A DNA stretch of 64,000 bases from Hyphomicrobiales bacterium. Lineage in GTDB: Bacteria > Pseudomonadota > Alphaproteobacteria > Rhizobiales > JACESI01. Under the pieces are notes generated by a model, which saw only the letters and a program-made list of their open reading frames with translations, searched no databases and was not told the DNA's origin. Location of the stretch: NCBI GenBank assembly GCA_013911885.1, contig JACESI010000005.1:150795-214794 (forward strand). The letters run 5' to 3'. Shown here in pieces: positions 59,624 through 64,000 of the stretch. The translations under genes and the position numbers were made by a program. Each line of letters opens with the position of its first letter. The first letter of the stretch is position 1.

Positions 59624-62098
59624 CTACCGCTTCGTGGGCGCTGCGACCGGCTCGTTTTCCTGCGGCAATTCGAATGCGGGCGCTGTGTCCGCAGCCGCCG
59701 CATCAGGTCCTGCTGCGGCTTCCGCCACTTCAATAGCGGTCGGCTGATCAACGGTGTCGCTCTGCGATTCCTCGCTCACGGCATCCTCGCTCGCGGCATT
59801 GCCAACCAGCACTTCGCCATTGCGTTCCCGCTCACGACGGCCACCACGCCGGCCACGCCGACGGCGTTTGCGCTTTGGCGCTTCACCGCCATTTTCGCTG
59901 GCTTCAACCTCCGGCTTCGTTTCGCCGGGCTCGTCATCGGCGGCGATGTTGTCATCCTCAGCGGCAGCTTCGGGTTCCGATCCGCCACGCCGACGGCGGC
60001 GGCGCTTGCGCGTCACGCCATCGCTGGTTGCGTCTTCACGTTCATTGCCGCCTCGGGCATTTCCGGCTTTGGCACTTGCCACATTGTCATTGCCGGATTC
60101 GCCATGTTCATCCGATTCGATCAGTTTGCGTTCTTCCGCTTCGGCTGCTGCATCAAGCTCCGCATCGCGGGCAAGCTGCATGTCGATATCACCGGATCCG
60201 GACGCAACGACCGCCACATTGCGCGGTGTTTCGGATTTCTCGCCACGGGTGATCACGCAATATTCCCCGAGAATGCTGTCATCGGCCTCAATGCGGATCG
60301 TCAGGCCGTAGCGGCTTTCAAGTTCCGAAAGATGAGCGCGCTTGTGGTTCAGCACATAAAGCGCGACATCGGTCTTGGTGCGCGCGATCAGATGATGGCT
60401 TGAACTGACATTAAGCTGATCTTCTATTGCTCTGAGAACATAAAGCGCGATCGAGGCGGGCGCGCGAATGGCGCCGGTTCCTTCGCAATGCGGGCAGGGC
60501 GTCATGGTGCTTTCAAGAACGCCGGCACGCAGACGCTGGCGCGACATTTCAAGAAGGCCGAAATGCGAGATGCGCCCGACCTGGATGCGCGCGCGATCAT
60601 CCTTGAGGCATTCCTTGAGCTTGCGTTCGACCGCGCGGTTGTTGCGGTTCTCCTCCATGTCGATGAAGTCAATCACAATCAGACCAGCAAGGTCGCGCAG
60701 TCGCAATTGCCGTGCGACTTCCTCAGCGGTCTCCAGATTGGTGCTGAGCGCGGTGTCCTCGATCGAGCTTTCGCGCGTTGAGCGGCCGGAGTTGACGTCG
60801 ATCGAGACGAGCGCCTCGGTCTGATTGATGACGATATAACCGCCGGATTTCAGCGTGACGCGCGGCGAGAACATGGCATCAAGCTGGGTTTCCACGCCGT
60901 ATTTCGCAAAAACCGGCTGCATATCCTTGTAGGGCTGAACATTCTTGGCATGGCTCGGCATCAGCATGCGCATGAAGTCCTTGGCCTCGCGATAGGCCTC
61001 GTCGCCCGCGACCAGAACCTGATCGATATCCTTGTTGTAGAGATCACGGATCGAGCGCTTGAGCAGGCTTCCCTCTTCGTAGACGAGAGAGGGCGCGGAT
61101 GATTTCAATGTCAGATCGCGGACATTTTCCCAAAGCCGCATCAAATATTCGAAATCGCGCTTGATTTCGGTCTTGGTGCGGCTCATGCCCGCGGTACGCA
61201 GGATGACTCCCATGCCCTCGGCGACATCAAGATCTTCGGCAATGCTGCGCAGGCGCTTGCGATCGGCCTGGCTGGTGATTTTGCGCGAAATGCCGCCGCC
61301 ACGATCGGTGTTCGGCATAAGCACGGCATAGCGACCGGCAAGGGAGAGATAGGTCGTCAGCGCCGCCCCTTTGTTGCCGCGTTCTTCCTTGACCACCTGA
61401 ACCAGAATGATCTGGCGGCGCTTGATAACTTCCTGAATCTTGTATTGCTTGGCACGCGTACGGACACGGCGCTCCGGAACTTCTTCCATAGCGTCCTCGG
61501 AGCCGACCGATTCGACCTTGTCCTCTTCGCGCACTTCTTCCTGATCATCGTCGTGGCCATCATCATCGCCATCAACATCCGAATTGCCGCCCGAATTGAC
61601 ATCGACATGGCGCTTGGTGTCAGCGCTATCGCGTTCTTCGACGTCGGCTTCGGCGTCTGGTCGGGCGGCATCGCCATTCTGCTCGACGATATCGGATTGA
61701 ACCGCGTCATCCGCCTTGGCGGCTGCGGCTTTCGCGGATGGGCGCCGGCGTCGCGAGCGCTTTCTCGCCGGTTCGGCCGGTTCATCATCGTCCCGGTCTG
61801 ATTCCTTGTGGGCCGCCGCCTCTTCATCAAGCAGCGCCTGTCGGTCTGCTACAGGGATCTGATAATAATCCGGATGAATCTCGGAGAAGGCGAGAAAGCC
61901 GTGGCGGTTGCCGCCATAATCGACGAAAGCCGCCTGTAGCGACGGCTCGACCCGGGTTACCTTGGCAAGGTAGATATTGCCCTTTAGCTGTTTGCGGTTG
62001 GCTGCCTCGAAGTCAAATTCTTCGACACGGTTTCCGCGCACCACGACAACCCGGGTTTCCTCCGGGTGGGTGGCATCGATAAGCATCTTGTTATCCAT
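59624..62098 (-). CDS. rne: Ribonuclease E (reading frame up to an in-frame TAG)
   Basis: 824-aa ORF: MLIDATHPEETRVVVVRGNRVEEFDFE, an S1 domain, a catalytic core (VLMPNTDRGGGISRKI..., DFIDMEE, CPHCEGTG zinc link), then an Arg/acidic-rich scaffold. It ends ...EPVAAPTKR-TAG. Confidence 0.9.
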   Translation of the reverse strand: MDNKMLIDATHPEETRVVVVRGNRVEEFDFEAANRKQLKGNIYLAKVTRVEPSLQAAFVDYGGNRHGFLAFSEIHPDYYQIPVADRQALLDEEAAAHKESDRDDDEPAEPARKRSRRRRPSAKAAAAKADDAVQSDIVEQNGDAARPDAEADVEERDSADTKRHVDVNSGGNSDVDGDDDGHDDDQEEVREEDKVESVGSEDAMEEVPERRVRTRAKQYKIQEVIKRRQIILVQVVKEERGNKGAALTTYLSLAGRYAVLMPNTDRGGGISRKITSQADRKRLRSIAEDLDVAEGMGVILRTAGMSRTKTEIKRDFEYLMRLWENVRDLTLKSSAPSLVYEEGSLLKRSIRDLYNKDIDQVLVAGDEAYREAKDFMRMLMPSHAKNVQPYKDMQPVFAKYGVETQLDAMFSPRVTLKSGGYIVINQTEALVSIDVNSGRSTRESSIEDTALSTNLETAEEVARQLRLRDLAGLIVIDFIDMEENRNNRAVERKLKECLKDDRARIQVGRISHFGLLEMSRQRLRAGVLESTMTPCPHCEGTGAIRAPASIALYVLRAIEDQLNVSSSHHLIARTKTDVALYVLNHKRAHLSELESRYGLTIRIEADDSILGEYCVITRGEKSETPRNVAVVASGSGDIDMQLARDAELDAAAEAEERKLIESDEHGESGNDNVASAKAGNARGGNEREDATSDGVTRKRRRRRRGGSEPEAAAEDDNIAADDEPGETKPEVEASENGGEAPKRKRRRRGRRGGRRERERNGEVLVGNAASEDAVSEESQSDTVDQPTAIEVAEAAAGPDAAAADTAPAFELPQENEPVAAPTKR

Positions 62099-62858
62099 AG
62101 AGTTTGGTCTCCACGATCATCAGACAAGATCGACCGGCCCGATGCCCTTTCAGGCAGCGGAAAATGCGATAACGCGGCTATTCTTGCAAGGAGATCGGTT
62201 GGGTGAAAGGCCATGGCGACGGCGACGAAATCCTGTCTCAGGGCGATTCTTGCAGTGAGAACACTGAAAAGACCAAGTGCCGCAACGATTGATGCAACAT
62301 CGGTTGCAAAAATCGGAAAGAAAGATACGAGCGCGTCGTTTGGCAAAATAAAACCTGTTGGGACTTTACGTCCCGTTGTGTAGCTTTCGGCGGAACGAAG
62401 CCGCCTGTTATGACAGGGATTTTCGGGGGTGTCTCCAAGTCGGACCGGTTAAATCGATAAGGAAATACCGATCTGATAAACGGCCTTTAGCGGCTCCACG
62501 GAGATCTGGTTATCTGGCCCAATAACGAAACGATCTACGGACAGTCCCTGCCAATTAAGGAACAATACTGCCTAAACAATTCTGTCCCGAAAGGCAGGCG
62601 GAAACATGACTTTCAATATGCCGTGCCACCGCGAAAAGGGTCCGCTCGTCTTCGTTAAAAGGCCGACGCCAAACAACGCCGAAAATTTGTCAATTTCATT
62701 CTTATGTCTGAATCTGAATTTATTCAAGTGATAGACTTGCATTCTGCCCGATTGGGCATGATGCGAACCATTGAGCGAGCCTTGTTGCGAAATTGTGGTG
62801 CGTGGCTGAGGTTTTTGCCAGGGACGCAGGGCTACAATCCGGCGTATTCTTTCGATAT

Positions 62859-64000
62859 ATGACCATGATGGCGAATCGTTCTTTCTTCCCTATTCTTCGA
62901 TCCGGTGTCTTCTTGATTGCCTTGCTCCTCTTCGCATCCGGGAGAACAATAGTGAATGAGGCAAGGGCTGTATCACAGGATGTTGTGAAGAATGGCCCCC
63001 AAAGCCCGCAATCGCCAGCGACCAATACCGTCCTCGATGAGGCTCAGCCTGCGCCTGAACCACCGACCAGACTTCCGGGCAAGGTTTTTCCCGAAGTCAC
63101 CGGGATTCATGTCGTTGGGACAGAAACCATGGTGCGTCTGGTACTGGATGTGACCGGCAAGGTTGAACCGACATCGTTCCTCCTCGGTGCACCCCACCGC
63201 ATCGTGATCGATCTTGCCGACACGGCGCTCGCCCTACAGAATGATCGCGGCAATGGCGCGCCCGGTTTCATCAAGTCCATGCGTTACGGCACCACCAGCG
63301 AAGGCGGACTGCGTTTCATCATCGAGACAGACGGACCGATCATTCTTGAGCGCAGCTTCTCCGTCCCGGCGAACGGCGGGGAAGGCGCGCGTGTTGTCTT
63401 CGATATACAAAAGAGCGATGAGCGCGCCTTCCGTATCGCCATTGCGCGGCAGGCGGAAGAGGAAAGGCTGCGCGCTGAAGCAGCAAACAAGCCCGCCGCA
63501 AAAGCCGATATTGCTATCGCCCCGCGCAGGAAACGGATCGTCATCGACCCCGGTCATGGCGGCAAGGATGGCGGCGCCAAAACCAAGGATGGACGCGAGG
63601 AAAAAGAGCTTGTCCTCGATTTTTCACTCGATCTTGCCGGTGTGCTCGGACGAAGCGGGAAATATGATGTCATTTTGACCCGCTCGGATGATCGCTTCGT
63701 CCCGCTTGCCGAGCGGGTGCGCCTTGCACAGACCGCGCGGGCTGATCTGTTCATCTCGATCCATGCCGATTCCCTGCCTGAGGATCGGCGGGTGCGCGGG
63801 ACCGCGGTCTATACGATCTCCGAACATGCCTCCGATGCCATGGCCGCCCGTCTGGCGCAGCAGCAGAACCAGGTTGATTCCGTCGCTGGTATCGAACTCA
63901 AGAACGCTCCGGATGTGGTGGTCGACATCCTGTTCGATCTCACCCGGCGCGAGCAGAGCAATCTGTCGATCCTTTTCGCGCGGCATTTTTATGAATCACT
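62859..64000 (+). CDS. amiC: N-acetylmuramoyl-L-alanine amidase (AmiC-like, AMIN domain), 3'-partial at the window edge
   Basis: It is absent from the ORF track because it runs off the window. My own translation from the ATG at 62859 has no stop. It gives a signal/anchor segment, an AMIN-like region (GIHVVGTETMVRLVLDVTGKVEP...HRIVIDL) and a catalytic domain (IVIDPGHGGKDGGA...RADLFISIHADS). Confidence 0.85.
   Translation, partial: MTMMANRSFFPILRSGVFLIALLLFASGRTIVNEARAVSQDVVKNGPQSPQSPATNTVLDEAQPAPEPPTRLPGKVFPEVTGIHVVGTETMVRLVLDVTGKVEPTSFLLGAPHRIVIDLADTALALQNDRGNGAPGFIKSMRYGTTSEGGLRFIIETDGPIILERSFSVPANGGEGARVVFDIQKSDERAFRIAIARQAEEERLRAEAANKPAAKADIAIAPRRKRIVIDPGHGGKDGGAKTKDGREEKELVLDFSLDLAGVLGRSGKYDVILTRSDDRFVPLAERVRLAQTARADLFISIHADSLPEDRRVRGTAVYTISEHASDAMAARLAQQQNQVDSVAGIELKNAPDVVVDILFDLTRREQSNLSILFARHFYES

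Overview
This window looks like a GC-rich alphaproteobacterial core-chromosome segment, Rhizobiales/Hyphomicrobiales-like by gene content and synteny. Almost all of it is housekeeping. In order it carries: an NDUFS4-like gene, tRNA-Arg, a CoA-transferase and enoyl-CoA hydratase, glnA-glnB, tRNA-Leu, tig, clpP-clpX-lon-hupB, tRNA-Val and tRNA-Asp. Next come a decayed dehydrogenase/LysR pair and a LacI-linked operon (CoA-acylating aldehyde dehydrogenase, acyl-CoA ligase, tctCBA). A small foreign-looking patch follows, with an IS3 transposase remnant, an AT-rich spacer and a TorF-type porin. The remainder is recO, parC, an EamA transporter, bpt, an RDD protein, hemB, ldtR-like MarR plus L,D-transpeptidase, glyA-nrdR-ribD-ribE-ribH-nusB-thiL, an MFS transporter, hppA, a GntR regulator plus thiolase-like gene, a PNPOx-family gene, nrdJ, NDUFA12-like and DUF2155 genes, aat, accC-accB-aroQ, DsbA, an M48 protease, an aminotransferase, rne and a partial amidase. 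I found no CRISPR array, intact mobile element, defence island or clearly novel multi-gene system. Five things stand out. (1) An in-frame amber codon detaches the GWW-containing C-terminal tail of RNase E. (2) Independent gene lesions are unusually dense: a porin TGA, a LysR frameshift, an internally deleted dehydrogenase, a LacI gene with no canonical start, and the IS remnant. (3) The LacI-linked operon has no known substrate and reads as a carboxylate -> acyl-CoA -> aldehyde route. (4) A roughly 560-bp orphan intergenic region downstream of nrdJ has stacked terminators and may encode sRNA(s). (5) A perfect 9-bp x8 in-frame repeat sits in the MFS transporter. All functional calls rest on my reading of the supplied translations; I ran no database searches.
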